IMG/VR virus record: IMGVR_UViG_3300037606_000271
Coordinates: 1-53,304 of that record
Direction: 5' to 3' (one strand)
From: a virus
Taxonomy: Duplodnaviria; Caudoviricetes
DNA length: 53,304 nt
Part shown: in pieces, positions 41,001 to 49,800 of the stretch
Layout of the letters: every line of letters starts with the position of its first letter
How positions within the stretch are numbered: the first letter of the stretch is position 1
Translations under genes and position numbers: made by a program
The notes under the pieces: model-generated
What the model was told of the DNA's origin: nothing
The model's database searches: none
The model's input: only the letters and a program-made list of their open reading frames with translations

Positions 41001-41154
41001 GCACTAAAGTTACTTTCATTTTATGAATTTGATTAGGACGTAACTTGGCGTTATTAGTTAACACATCCATTGTTAACTGTTTAATCTTTCTTCTAAGTTC
41101 TACTCTGTTAATAGCTTTAATTATTCCGTTTTTTGTTTTTACAAAACAGTACAT
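32047..41154 (-). CDS. Virion-packaged single-chain two-barrel RNA polymerase (phi14:2 gp66-like) with a large multi-domain insertion
   Basis: Catalytic GLDFDIDK (DFDID at 34594-34608) preceded by WRTPNEAKYS; TDGQSY, PLKG and VDNTKNP motifs. Confidence 0.9.
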   Translation of the reverse strand: MYCFVKTKNGIIKAINRVELRRKIKQLTMDVLTNNAKLRPNQIHKMKVTLVQFATQLFEQEVSKRGLTSSTKKKELFAEMFFNPDITKNALTAIPSKENPNTVIGMLGTEIQKLSEPDSQQTLAHVIKALRYTASFENNDVFQNSLVIEILKDFKQRGYYVNLELTTDQTSETTVEKWQKDINTISQYESLSEELKSALNNIKRKKFDSKGNLVDAKGFLGLPEVHTFSYAYKRLIQLLGNSGTSRNMMRKINELRTKDPLIAELFPEDMTSNEAQKFQTLIWAKIASNYKYDYFDTVITNKNGEMIREMNPSNYENNNKSIYSDVLRTAREGKLIANGTYDGAQRNSLIGKLDKAFDKDGEALAEALEEFGLFTYTLGSDPSTEDFKEKVFGLYNTLKSKDEDGNFNGDLLGVNGKPSSAFLLYTQMLSENSLSIMNNSHLNSKGEKVYQFNNSNFTTRQISRIQNGENIYKEDPLYDENKTIEAIANKQAAYLVVNGIRLPGKRKLIAYSDMNKQQLVINQLIMFNERRAIELPIHSDSGSMTAIRYNRKFIKNGQTDRLEDGTLLYTPNESIIDDLLKLAKNELSVINNGSLGSNLHIFPELQAYIGENLSDTNLKVLIKDIMVKRAKDYEQYLIDEGVFKVHEYLRKKTGVLKRTVVPTEEGEALKNYGRKEIRDFVYNYAVLYPSAAITFNGHPNFYEKAFKGDTSNLSEREIQAKDVLATLANYDKRTKQIWSPTTPLFVGAYYTSPYSGDVTTVSENYVIQGFKDIEGITEGFQEHIRKLEEHYAGIDGRYDGITEIFKSSSLTDGQSYIDPFRYKQILIGLGEWNDTKEFVYLKMLQGEFNFQMLTPNQKESFFNPLKGFHFSMIEGTQVKPFQKKDSELVMHPMHGMRFLKNGEPNTYYNPLYRLFLERMGYEFTENSVKTIPNFEKERSYNHDRKYIDTFSSNEALKAEQGGILDLDQNIVTTSLKFNSSKFDYDLDNKLRNKLKELFPDINLEYVDEILASYDADVFNQVINRLDKLNDFLTKLNFNVKTVDELRTLTGFNALATTDLIYKTILLKSSSDPLRLLTKEVAYVAYSMLGKKNKIRTDLVSSIENIQGYAKAYDRYKKRSPDLNDYKIKELIVVDYISAAIENNFENPSKVELGRSAEYWSIQGNSKLEKQIKYQLNRLKRFIKELLGSNKLNSTEVNDLLDDIASDVINSEFKKFGTVLSSDQQLTEYQQTINEDPKADSIVKDFQELGILLTGSLSLRKQGTIYRSEKETLHDLDFTVPYSLIQADLSLIQQNRNAEISAAEKEFSYVPDLRDQIVSGIYKKYTGISDNLIYNSEWFKAIKKKYPSLKKVRSFGGTKNETFTWTGSIEGGYDIDLFLTKDNRLGVINNDGFQDWISIFKAKLKMGRAKDLRDFANYIPFNTNNDKFSQNVGLRHFNFEDIQKSNQKPESDQQNVFNQNESGKIVGQAIIDAKKVLIDAVNQKQDTLPHEYAHHYIAMFRNTPIVQEGLKRWGSEEALVQAIGEQVVVQKGEALNWWNKFVNFIFELLSDKEVLQVLTDSFLQAKDLNTISRKFNNPSSVINIIQDVSEATPDPGNNNTYDVESKGKLYGRATSSFQLSPAQKAANDYKSSNEDINELTRLLDDYFNNSFKSISNYKIKNVDKVNSYLESLARTKTNLRSSSKLGTSLDNLVRDFFSDDLKDLNSYNLANRSLVKSFLESLKELKAKLEANGETVVANGILLHNDKMGIAGTVDLLTYDKEGNFSIYDLKSMKVNNDNEIVDGRFVAVHSGTKKLKYDTAYKQGELSNRKKHENQLNIYSMLLFNQYGIRPTKLGIIPVGLSYDAKEVVDGAINPLTRLTMLKGISVSMRDSVKGLNKEFTYEDKKPTQFARYNPSALTVKNEDYGKQNDVPSGFLDNKKSLSRQAGKNMAANVNPEASYTIAKYTSLDKKGNLKIQGSQTLTGAKLLEKINRLEIQEIIEAYAEVTNQVKDFKGIIATIKAEVSKRGLSNNYLEALQIITDENNELRTLAPLDFPAYSHKIKQIINSIYSKQVTNPKKLQGVGLVNASSAGFTEDTRPKIVFKEDSKGNKLENIDYIEALMPIHDSRLYKYVKPNVPLDRKAIEDLIKKNPELEDVFKGLIWRTPNEAKYSTAPIKIIGFIPTSIGSAVYLPTEITDIAGLDFDIDKMYGFFYSFVSRGYDDPKMMDKVIDKIKENAKKAGDVRGFMTLEELIRDNPMYVFQLDMLAPKNSNKGYYPLLKYIYELNTTYQEDASKDLTKREQLATQNIMTAYTEVLKDEPFHVPRGDSKVGRQNQLIDAYRALMSSSDAAFETLNPSSIFDRIFNDLEIKLGIDDNIGTMGMPSRSVESRSNALDGTSLVGPLANANSTISIFQQAKTLKIASQPSKDEEGNAILKEDGTPETYEVGFKFNLMEGRKENKSGLYNDFTNRGIILDELNYRFRSQNISLWLAAIVDNTKNPHAGKLNLNFSTVNVLIAMLSAGVDFNTAMYFINHPALRYYSKRFKFDGGTRMSNDKAFGDMMDLIMTDDNGDPRDATDKEKKRIAVKSVVNFEKGDLLKSSQDGISDPKEWIMNNKKEAFDVMTTFSRYIEYGEYMRKLTVATKSTEDGIGSSDGESISMILKIIDAINDPNAFEGAVELLLDDTKPYYYLTKLLIDLDDNTKANTAREVIKDHLSRSTKSVVKDGNKIKDVMMVVMENLGIPAYNRGVYFNMIYHISNAKSKVTGNQLTGREIEIILHDFKTFVATLNNEDKAFFNAFVSGTGDETSITEGIIERFSKHPEYSELLNDFIIQKDKEGTQEFMFYKSNNNEIAEEEHMKEDMMSYLYLEDPKLVQDLARYALYLDGLGYSPFGYTKLIPQQAFADLGYYSDESNSIKLSLSEEHGESSYDNQLMISTFLMQHLANNANASYIARLPKEGPDGYVDYYYDSNNGDIYVKRKMNNGDINYDIKFSEIAFRFEASKTDMVQGKHFKLFNLEKEIITRVKLKVKKKAKTTDVKVEDVNKENPNNKKCN

Positions 41155-41168
41155 ATTATATTATTTAT

Positions 41169-44100
41169 TTATGCGCAAGAAGGGTTAGTAATAGTTATAC
41201 CTAAACTAGCTAAATAAGCATCTCCAATTGGGTCATCCCCATCTAAAACATTAGTGTCAGATAATGAATTTACTAATGCTTGCCCACTGTCAGTTGTAGG
41301 TAAACCCAATTCTTTTAATTTTCCTAAAATTCTTGTGGGATCATTATTTAATTCTTCAATAAGCTCTTCGTTAGTTTTATTTAATCCATTTTTACGTAAT
41401 CTGTTACCATATCTACGTGCAAATTCTTTTATATTTTTACTATTATTTTTTTCATTATTAACTATTTCTAAAGTTTTACTAGGAGAAGTTTCTTTTTCAC
41501 TTACTTCTGTAGGAATAATGTCTACTGGTAAAAAAGGATTACCTTTATTTGTTTCTACTATAAGATCTTCTACATCTGTAAATATTTCTGTTATATCTGT
41601 AGGTACTTCTGATACAGAACTTTTTACATTTTGCTGCAATATAGCTTCTATTTCTTTAGCAACTTCTTCTCTCATTGCTATTTCTTCTAGAGTTAACACT
41701 TCCCCATTAATAATTTTATTAGCAATATTTTTAATCATTGACGAACTAACAACTCCAGTATCTACAAATACATCAAAATCTGATTTGGTTTTAGGTGTTA
41801 ATTTATTAATAGAATCATTTATAACAACCATAGAAAAGTCGTCTTCTTTAATATTATAAAAAATATCTTTAATTAACTGAGGATTAGTACTCATAACTTT
41901 TATCAATCTTCTTGAATCAGTTGTAAGACCTTTAAGTAGTACATGAGCCATTATTTTTTCATCTACTTTTAATTGAGTTGCTAACTCTTTTAAAGAATAA
42001 CTTACTACATCATCTAAAGATGTTGAAGTTAATAAATCATTAAATGCTATAAGTAATTCTTTTCCTCCTCTACGAGATAACACAATTCCATCTCCAAGAC
42101 CGTCTGATCCAATAATAATATGTTCACCTTTTTTTACTTTAATTATACCTACATGTAAATCATTAGCATTGTTTGCTACAAATCCTTTACTTCCTATAGC
42201 AGCAGGAGTACTGTTGTCTATATCTTCACCTACAATAACAATTAATTTACCATTTTTATCAACTTTATAAATAGGTGAATCACCTATTTGAAAATAAGAA
42301 TAAGTGTTATTACCTGTTTTCTTTACAAGAGATAAAGTAGTTCCTGCTGTTTCTGGATGAGATTTTAAAATTTCTTCTACAAGACTTTTGATTTCAGCTT
42401 TAGAAAATTTATCTAATTTAGATACTTTTTCAAGTATTTCATCTACTAAAGGTTTTGAATCTTTTAAAGAACCTAAACCATCAGCAACCATATACCATCC
42501 GTTATTAACATACACTCCATCTTGCCCTTTACTTCTACTATTATCATTTAAAGCTACATAACCATCTTCTTCTAAATTACCAGTTAAACTGTTATCAAAA
42601 GTTGAGACTTTATTAGGGGCTTTATTTGCAGAAGTATTTTGATTAGCTTTTTTATTAACTTTTTCTGAGGTAAATAACCTAGTAGGTGCCATTAATACTT
42701 TAGGTAATAAATTGCTTTCTATTCTATCTTTAGCTGTTTCATAAGTATCTTCTAAAGATACTTGAACAGGTCTTTCAAGAATATTATGATCATTCATAAA
42801 TTGACTTACGTAATGCATATAATAATTAAATTTATTAGAAGAAGGTACAGTTTTAATGATACCTGTGGGTTTTAAATCCATATCTAATACTTCAACTCTC
42901 ATATTCTCATTGTTTACACTTAATACTTTAAATATTTCTCCACTTTCTTGAGCATCATATAATTTATCTAAAGACTCTTGTTCATTTTTTTTATCAGATT
43001 CGTAGTATTCGTCAATAACAGAAGACATAGTAACACTATCAACAATAATATCTCCTTCATTAGGAGCGACTTTTATTTTTTTAGTATAAAGAAGTTTAAA
43101 TATATTACTAATTGACGGTTGAGATATTTTTGTATTTTCATCTACTTCTTTACTCCATTTCACAATGGCTCTAATATCATCTAAAGATATATCTTCTTTA
43201 AGTAATTCATCAACTAATGCTTGATATAATTCTGGATGATCTTTAAATTTAATTGCATCAGCTATAAAATAAGTACCTGATTCTTCACCATCAAGAAATA
43301 CTATTATGTTAGAAGTCTGATCATTAAGCTTTTCACCAGTATATATTTTATCTCCTATTTTAATAGTATATGGATCAACAACGCCGTTACCGTCACCAGA
43401 TGCATTATTAATAACTTTAATAAAAGGTATAACACCTGTGGGGATTACTTCTTCTAACCGTCTTTTAGTTGATGTTTTTAAGAAATCCCCTTTTTTAGCA
43501 TGTCTTACTTCTATCTTAGCTGTATGAGTTTTATCTTTAACAGCGTTGTTTAAAAATCGTTCTCTAAATTCTTTAAGCGGTCCTTTATCTACACCTCCTC
43601 CTTGAATTATACCAATAGTAATTCCGTTATGCTGAACTTTTAATACAGGTAAATTGTAATTAGTAATCTCATCACCTTCAACGTATTTTTTTAAATTATC
43701 TTCTTCTATAATTACTGTAAGTTCATCTTCTTTACTTAAATCTAATGTTTGGTAATACTCTAAGTCAATACCAAACTCTTCAGCAAATTTAGTATTTAGT
43801 AAAGGTTTGTCATTTTTATCTAACAACATTACTGTATATTTCCCTGCTGAGTTATTAGATGTAATAGCAAAGTTATAATCTTTAGTTAATTCTTCATACG
43901 TAACTGTTTGGTTAGAATTTTCATCGTACTTAGGAAATTTAAAAGAACCCCCTACAATAATTTTGTCTCCATTAGCTAAAATCTCTATTTCAGCATTACT
44001 TACTGTAACTATTCTGTAAGGCAAAGTATGTATTTCTAAATGATGTATTGTAGAATTAGGGTCAGTAGATTTAGTGTTATTTACTTTAGATTTTGCTTTA

Positions 44101-47100
44101 GTTGGTGTTAACATACTAGTAGATACGTTATTGATCTGCTCGCCTGTTATAAGCTCATGTAAGACACTTACAGCCTCACCATAAGCATTAGACTGTTTTC
44201 CAGTTAAAAGCTCTATAATGCGCTTTAAAATGTCTTTTAGAATAGATCCTAAAGAGTAGTTTGTGTTTGTCGCTACATTAGACAACGCATAAACAAAACC
44301 TCCATTACCAAACTCCATTAGCATTTCTCTTACATTACTTATTCCAAATTCTTTTAGTAATTCATCAGGTATTAAATTAAATATATCAATGAGTCTTTGG
44401 TCAGAAACTAAATCAGGATTATTCATTATCTCATTTCTCATTAATGTTTTAATCATGGTATAGGCTAAATACTTTTTTCTAAATGATTCTATTGTTCTAG
44501 CATTACCTATAAGATTAGTTTGAATACCTTCTTTAAATATTTTATCAGCTTTTTCTTTAAATCTTTTAGAATTTAAATAAATAGTGTTAGTTTTTTTATC
44601 ATATACACCATCTTTACCCGCACCTGTAAATACAATTTCCATATCCATACCTAACTTTTCTATTACGTCAATTAACAATTCTCTTAAAGGATCTTGTTTC
44701 ATTGACCGTAAAAAACTTACAACAGACTCATGTGCTATTAACTGTCCTTGCAGCTTATTAAATAAACGCAATGCTTTAATACTTTGCTCACCATTAAGTT
44801 GACTTCTATTAAATATTTCATCCAAGATTAATTTATAATTACCATCATTATCTTTTGCTTCATCATGCAAAGCTTCTAACTCATCTAAATTAAGCTTACT
44901 AAGGTGATGCTCTTCATTAGGGTTTTTTGACGTAGGTGAAGTATTGGTTCCTTCCAAATTTTTAATATAATCTTTTATAACTGTAGAAGAAGTGTATTTA
45001 GAATTGCGTAAAGTATTGCCAATTTTATCACTGCTTTTAGAATTTTTTAGTTCTAATGTAGTAATTACTTTACCTTTTTCTTTTTGAGGTTTACCATCTA
45101 CCCCAATTAAAGGTACTTCAACTAGCTCATCACCTAACTGTTTAGCTATAATATTTAACAGCTCTCTACTTTTTGGATCGGTTTTTTCTTTTAATCTATC
45201 AAAAGCTTTTACTAAAACATACTTTTCTACTTCTTCTTTAGAAACACCTGCGGCGACAGCTATTTCATCTGCCCCTTCAAATATCTCAAAGTCTCCATTA
45301 TTACTATTTTCAGTAAAAGGGTTTACTTCATAATCAACTTCAGGAAGATCTGGACCCAAATCTAAATCTTCCATTTCCAATATAGCGTTTTCCTGTTGAG
45401 CTTTAAATTGATTAAACAAAGCTTGACCAATTTGGGCTACTCCAGGAATACCATCAATAGCATCTACTTGATCTATTTCAAATGTTTTTGCCCCTTGTGC
45501 TTTTTCTAAAGATGTTAACTTTTGTTGATAAGATTTTACTATAGCTTCTTTAGTTTCTTTTTGTTGAGGAGTTTTATCTGGAAGATTTAACGCTTGAGTT
45601 AAACTTAATTTAGTCATTATGTATTCAGTATCTTTTCCAAATACCGGGTCAGCTTTTAATGCTTTTTGAGCAACTGCTACTATTTCTCTAGCTTCTTCAA
45701 ACTCTAATTCTGTAGCTTTTTTTACTACTTTCTTTATGGTAGTAGCTGGGTCATCTCCTTCATTTTTTGAATCGTCTGCTGTTTTACCTAATTGTTGATC
45801 TTGGAGATCAGAAGAGTTTTTAGCAGCTTCAATAGCTTTACTATCAGTGGCTAGTAGTTCAGCTTTATCTTTTTTATCAGGATCTTTTTTTAGCATAGAA
45901 GCTATGTACCCAGGAGAAGCAAAAGCTAATCCACCAATACTACCTTGAACAACTGATTCCCAAAATTCTTTATCTCCAGTAGCGTTTAAAAAGGATTGTA
46001 TTAAACTCTCATCTCTACTTGCTTGCGCGTTTTTAGAAAATGTATATTGTAAACCTTCTTCTAAACCTTCTGAAGCTGAGTCAAAAGCAATTAATTGTAA
46101 AGATTCTTTAATTTTACTATTCATTTTAGTTAGGGAAGGTCCAGCACCTTTAAACATAGACAATAACTTAGTGTATTGTAACATGTCTATAGCTGCTAAT
46201 GACATACCATATCTATAGTTTTTACTAGCTGCTTTAGAAGCAATTTCTTTATGTTCTTCTTCTGATCTTTCCGGGTGAAGTTTCCTACTTCTAGCATATA
46301 CTATATCATAAGTGTCTTTAGATTCACCTAATGTTTCTGCGTTTCTAGATATTACTGATGCAAAAGCTGCTTGAGTAAAACGATCTGATGTACCTAAAGT
46401 TGCGTCAACTTTTATATAATTATCTACTGCACCTCTAATAGATTCTCTTCTTTCCTGAAGTAATTGATTATAATCAACAGAAGCTTTTTCACTATCAGCT
46501 TTTTCTAATAAAGCTAATTCGTCATCAATTTGATTTCGAGTTGGGCCTTTCTTTTTCTTATTGCTTTTTATTATTTTATATAAATCCTCATAAGCTTCTT
46601 TTTGAGCTTTTTGATAAACTTCTTTAAGTTCTTTAGGTGTAGCTGCTTTTTGACCGGATCTTTTTAACTGCTCTTCAAAAACATCAGCTGCTTCTTTACC
46701 AATAACACCAGACTCTCTCCTAGCCAGGAATAAAGAATCTCTTTGATCGGGAGTATCAATAATAGCATTAGCTACTTTGTCCATTAAAGTAGCTCCTTTT
46801 TCTCCATGTTTTGCGCGAGCATTAGCCACTGCTTGTTTAGTTAAACTTTCAGTTTTTTCTCTAGCTATTTTTTCTAATCCATCATCACTTAATTTTATAG
46901 CTTGATTAAATAAACCATCGGAAACACCTTCTCCTAATTTATCTGTAAATCCTTTTGTTGATCTAAGTTTGATTAAATCATCTACATTAGCTTCAAAAAC
47001 ATCTCCTAATTGTTTTCTCAAATTTCTTTTTAAAGAACCTTGTACAACCCCTTTAGCTAATGCTCCAGGAACTTTAGCTATTAAACCAGCACCTAATGAT

Positions 47101-47621
47101 CCTACCATCATACCAAAAGTAGGTCCCCATCCTTCAATAGTTTTAGCCCACCAATTAGAATCTGTAGGATCAAATACACCAGACTCTTTAGTGTACATAG
47201 ATATTATACCATCATTTACACCTTCAATATCTTTACCCCAATCAAGAAACATTTTAGCTACTGGATCAAGATCTTTTATATTGCCGTTTATTGTATCTTC
47301 CGGGTTTAATAGTAGTTGAGCACCGTAGCCAACAGTATTAACAGTCTCTTTAAGAATATTTAAAGGAAGTCTACCAACAGCTCTCATAGATTTACTAAAT
47401 CCATCTTGATTATTAGATCTATTGGCTGCTTGATCTTCTCCAGCAGATAAACCTTCATCATAAGCGTTAAAATCATCATAACGAAGACCTACAACACCAG
47501 ATTCTTTATAGTCTCCCGGCTGATAAACTGTTTGTCCTTCTCGTGTTACTGAGGAGTATGCTTTTGTAAATCTATTATACACATTATCTTCTGGGATATC
47601 ACCCATTAATTCCTCATTCAT
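41169..47621 (-). CDS. Giant virion cargo/ejection protein (2150 aa) with degenerate zincin-like and PP2C phosphatase domains
   Basis: Gly/Ala-rich membrane-like segments, SEGLEEGLQY motif, PP2C motifs near the C-terminus; upstream of the RNAP. Confidence 0.8.
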   Translation of the reverse strand: MNEELMGDIPEDNVYNRFTKAYSSVTREGQTVYQPGDYKESGVVGLRYDDFNAYDEGLSAGEDQAANRSNNQDGFSKSMRAVGRLPLNILKETVNTVGYGAQLLLNPEDTINGNIKDLDPVAKMFLDWGKDIEGVNDGIISMYTKESGVFDPTDSNWWAKTIEGWGPTFGMMVGSLGAGLIAKVPGALAKGVVQGSLKRNLRKQLGDVFEANVDDLIKLRSTKGFTDKLGEGVSDGLFNQAIKLSDDGLEKIAREKTESLTKQAVANARAKHGEKGATLMDKVANAIIDTPDQRDSLFLARRESGVIGKEAADVFEEQLKRSGQKAATPKELKEVYQKAQKEAYEDLYKIIKSNKKKKGPTRNQIDDELALLEKADSEKASVDYNQLLQERRESIRGAVDNYIKVDATLGTSDRFTQAAFASVISRNAETLGESKDTYDIVYARSRKLHPERSEEEHKEIASKAASKNYRYGMSLAAIDMLQYTKLLSMFKGAGPSLTKMNSKIKESLQLIAFDSASEGLEEGLQYTFSKNAQASRDESLIQSFLNATGDKEFWESVVQGSIGGLAFASPGYIASMLKKDPDKKDKAELLATDSKAIEAAKNSSDLQDQQLGKTADDSKNEGDDPATTIKKVVKKATELEFEEAREIVAVAQKALKADPVFGKDTEYIMTKLSLTQALNLPDKTPQQKETKEAIVKSYQQKLTSLEKAQGAKTFEIDQVDAIDGIPGVAQIGQALFNQFKAQQENAILEMEDLDLGPDLPEVDYEVNPFTENSNNGDFEIFEGADEIAVAAGVSKEEVEKYVLVKAFDRLKEKTDPKSRELLNIIAKQLGDELVEVPLIGVDGKPQKEKGKVITTLELKNSKSSDKIGNTLRNSKYTSSTVIKDYIKNLEGTNTSPTSKNPNEEHHLSKLNLDELEALHDEAKDNDGNYKLILDEIFNRSQLNGEQSIKALRLFNKLQGQLIAHESVVSFLRSMKQDPLRELLIDVIEKLGMDMEIVFTGAGKDGVYDKKTNTIYLNSKRFKEKADKIFKEGIQTNLIGNARTIESFRKKYLAYTMIKTLMRNEIMNNPDLVSDQRLIDIFNLIPDELLKEFGISNVREMLMEFGNGGFVYALSNVATNTNYSLGSILKDILKRIIELLTGKQSNAYGEAVSVLHELITGEQINNVSTSMLTPTKAKSKVNNTKSTDPNSTIHHLEIHTLPYRIVTVSNAEIEILANGDKIIVGGSFKFPKYDENSNQTVTYEELTKDYNFAITSNNSAGKYTVMLLDKNDKPLLNTKFAEEFGIDLEYYQTLDLSKEDELTVIIEEDNLKKYVEGDEITNYNLPVLKVQHNGITIGIIQGGGVDKGPLKEFRERFLNNAVKDKTHTAKIEVRHAKKGDFLKTSTKRRLEEVIPTGVIPFIKVINNASGDGNGVVDPYTIKIGDKIYTGEKLNDQTSNIIVFLDGEESGTYFIADAIKFKDHPELYQALVDELLKEDISLDDIRAIVKWSKEVDENTKISQPSISNIFKLLYTKKIKVAPNEGDIIVDSVTMSSVIDEYYESDKKNEQESLDKLYDAQESGEIFKVLSVNNENMRVEVLDMDLKPTGIIKTVPSSNKFNYYMHYVSQFMNDHNILERPVQVSLEDTYETAKDRIESNLLPKVLMAPTRLFTSEKVNKKANQNTSANKAPNKVSTFDNSLTGNLEEDGYVALNDNSRSKGQDGVYVNNGWYMVADGLGSLKDSKPLVDEILEKVSKLDKFSKAEIKSLVEEILKSHPETAGTTLSLVKKTGNNTYSYFQIGDSPIYKVDKNGKLIVIVGEDIDNSTPAAIGSKGFVANNANDLHVGIIKVKKGEHIIIGSDGLGDGIVLSRRGGKELLIAFNDLLTSTSLDDVVSYSLKELATQLKVDEKIMAHVLLKGLTTDSRRLIKVMSTNPQLIKDIFYNIKEDDFSMVVINDSINKLTPKTKSDFDVFVDTGVVSSSMIKNIANKIINGEVLTLEEIAMREEVAKEIEAILQQNVKSSVSEVPTDITEIFTDVEDLIVETNKGNPFLPVDIIPTEVSEKETSPSKTLEIVNNEKNNSKNIKEFARRYGNRLRKNGLNKTNEELIEELNNDPTRILGKLKELGLPTTDSGQALVNSLSDTNVLDGDDPIGDAYLASLGITITNPSCA

Positions 47622-47623
47622 TG

Positions 47624-49798
47624 TTATTGTATTTTAGGTAGTGTAACTAAATTAGCTATCCTGTAATTTTCATCTTGCTTTGCTGAAATAATATCTCCAT
47701 AAGATATATATTGACTCATATCATAAGTGCCGTCTTCTTTTTTTGGGGCAGCTAAATCCAAACCTATAAACTTACCTTCTTTATTAAATTTTAATTCATA
47801 TACTTCAGGTAAAGCTTCTACATCGTTATGTAAATTACGATTTACTTTAGATACAAAAGTTCCTTTCATTTTCTTCATAGAAATAATACCTCCATATCCT
47901 TGTGATAATTTTTCTATATTTTGAGGAGACATATCCCCACTTAATTCAGCCAGCGCTTGTCCTATTGTAAAATTTTCAGCTGACACAGGATTATGATAAG
48001 AATTTGCAAATTGTTGTACAGGTATTGCATCTTGATTTTCTTCTTCGCTAGCATCACTTAATAAAAGTTTAAGTGGTGGTTTACCAGTACCTACATTAAT
48101 TGTAATTTCAGTACCCGTAGGCATTGAATAAAGATCTTTAGCTTCTCCTAAAGCTACATTATTTCCAGGCATTAAATAACCATTTAATGCAATAGCATCT
48201 TCCCCCCATTTAGCCCAATCTGACGCAGTAGCGTCATCAATCTTTACATCATTAATATTATTTACTCCAGCATTTTTTAAAGTAGTTATAATTGGTTGTT
48301 TAGAAGATGGTCCATATTCAGCATTAATATGTGAAGCACTTAATCCTCTTATAGCCCCTTCAGTCACCAAGTTCTTATAAACATCACTGTAACCTGTCCT
48401 GCTAAACTTTTGAACTTGAGTTACATTTTGAGCAAGATGATTTACTAATTTATTAGAAGCTTCAATGCTTCTTTTCAAATGAGCTTCATCAGATTCAATT
48501 CTTCTAGGAGAATAACCTTTACCATCAATAGCTCCTTGAAATAATGCACCCGCAATATCATTAGTTAAATCAACACTCTTTTTAGGAATAGATTGTAGCA
48601 TAAAATTAACTGCGGGATGTTCTATTTTACCTATTGGTGAATTGTAATATGCTAATTCTTCAGTGACACCTCGGACTCCGGCAGAGGTCAAAACAGCTAT
48701 TTCTTCATCTAATTTTGCGATTTTTGCTTGGTCTTTAACAGATAAATTTCTATTAACTTGAGTACTTTGTCCAGGATTATAGCCTCTAATATCTCTTTTT
48801 TGCGCTTCTAAAGCTTGTGTAGCTTTCGTAATAGCTTCTCCATACTTAACAGTGGTTAATCCACTTCTAGAATTATAAGGAGTACTATCTGCATGGCCTG
48901 TTTTAGCTTTTGGTTGTTCAGTTGTGATTGCTTTACTTCTATAATATTCTCTAAGATTTTCTTTAGCTCTCCATTTTTCTACTATTTGTCTAGTAGACTT
49001 TATACCGTCATATTTATCAGCGAGAACTTTCATTGCGGCATCAATTTGAAAATCTGAATTAGATATTCCGTCTTGTCGAGGATCATAAATAAGATCTTGT
49101 TGATTTAAATAAGCTTGAGCTACAGGATCTATAGCCGCCATATTTTTTACAGCTCTTCTAATATCTTCATTAGGAATTCCTTCTTCAGTATCCATATAAA
49201 AATAGTCACCGTTAAAAGTACTACCTATTTCTCTACCTAATGTTTCGGTTAACCAACCCATTAAGTTTTGATCAAAATGAGCAACTAAGTCAAGATCGGC
49301 TGCAGTTTTATACCCATCAAAAGCTTGAAACTTTCCGTTTTCGTCAAATGAGCCGGAAAACTTATTCTTTGAATATTTTACTGCATTTTGATAAGTTTCA
49401 TTAGTAATTCTCCCGGATAAGTAAGCTTGGTTTTGTTCGGCTTCATAAGTTTTAATAGCATCAAAGTTTGTTTGTAACCCATAAGCTTGTCCACCTTGTT
49501 GCCAGTCTTCTTTAGCTTTAAATAATAATTCTTTTCTAGCTATATTACCTTTCTGTAAACCACCAGTAACATAAGATTGTGTTACCGCTTCCATTCTAGC
49601 TTTTTGATCAGCTTTAAATTGAGCTGCAAAATCTTTATCTTTTTCATCATATTCAGGCATCTGGCTAGAGATTTCTTGAGCTACATTATAATTAGTTTGT
49701 TGGTTGTTTAATGCTGATTGGAGTAACTCAAAATTAGGCTGAAAGAATTTTTCCTCATAATCACTTCTTACTCCTTGCAATTGTGTAAATCTATTCAT
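47624..49798 (-). CDS. Virion cargo/internal protein (724 aa)
   Basis: N-terminus MNRF...FFQPNFELL; Cys-free; synteny with crAss-like cargo genes. Confidence 0.7.
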   Translation of the reverse strand: MNRFTQLQGVRSDYEEKFFQPNFELLQSALNNQQTNYNVAQEISSQMPEYDEKDKDFAAQFKADQKARMEAVTQSYVTGGLQKGNIARKELLFKAKEDWQQGGQAYGLQTNFDAIKTYEAEQNQAYLSGRITNETYQNAVKYSKNKFSGSFDENGKFQAFDGYKTAADLDLVAHFDQNLMGWLTETLGREIGSTFNGDYFYMDTEEGIPNEDIRRAVKNMAAIDPVAQAYLNQQDLIYDPRQDGISNSDFQIDAAMKVLADKYDGIKSTRQIVEKWRAKENLREYYRSKAITTEQPKAKTGHADSTPYNSRSGLTTVKYGEAITKATQALEAQKRDIRGYNPGQSTQVNRNLSVKDQAKIAKLDEEIAVLTSAGVRGVTEELAYYNSPIGKIEHPAVNFMLQSIPKKSVDLTNDIAGALFQGAIDGKGYSPRRIESDEAHLKRSIEASNKLVNHLAQNVTQVQKFSRTGYSDVYKNLVTEGAIRGLSASHINAEYGPSSKQPIITTLKNAGVNNINDVKIDDATASDWAKWGEDAIALNGYLMPGNNVALGEAKDLYSMPTGTEITINVGTGKPPLKLLLSDASEEENQDAIPVQQFANSYHNPVSAENFTIGQALAELSGDMSPQNIEKLSQGYGGIISMKKMKGTFVSKVNRNLHNDVEALPEVYELKFNKEGKFIGLDLAAPKKEDGTYDMSQYISYGDIISAKQDENYRIANLVTLPKIQ

Positions 49799-49800
49799 GA

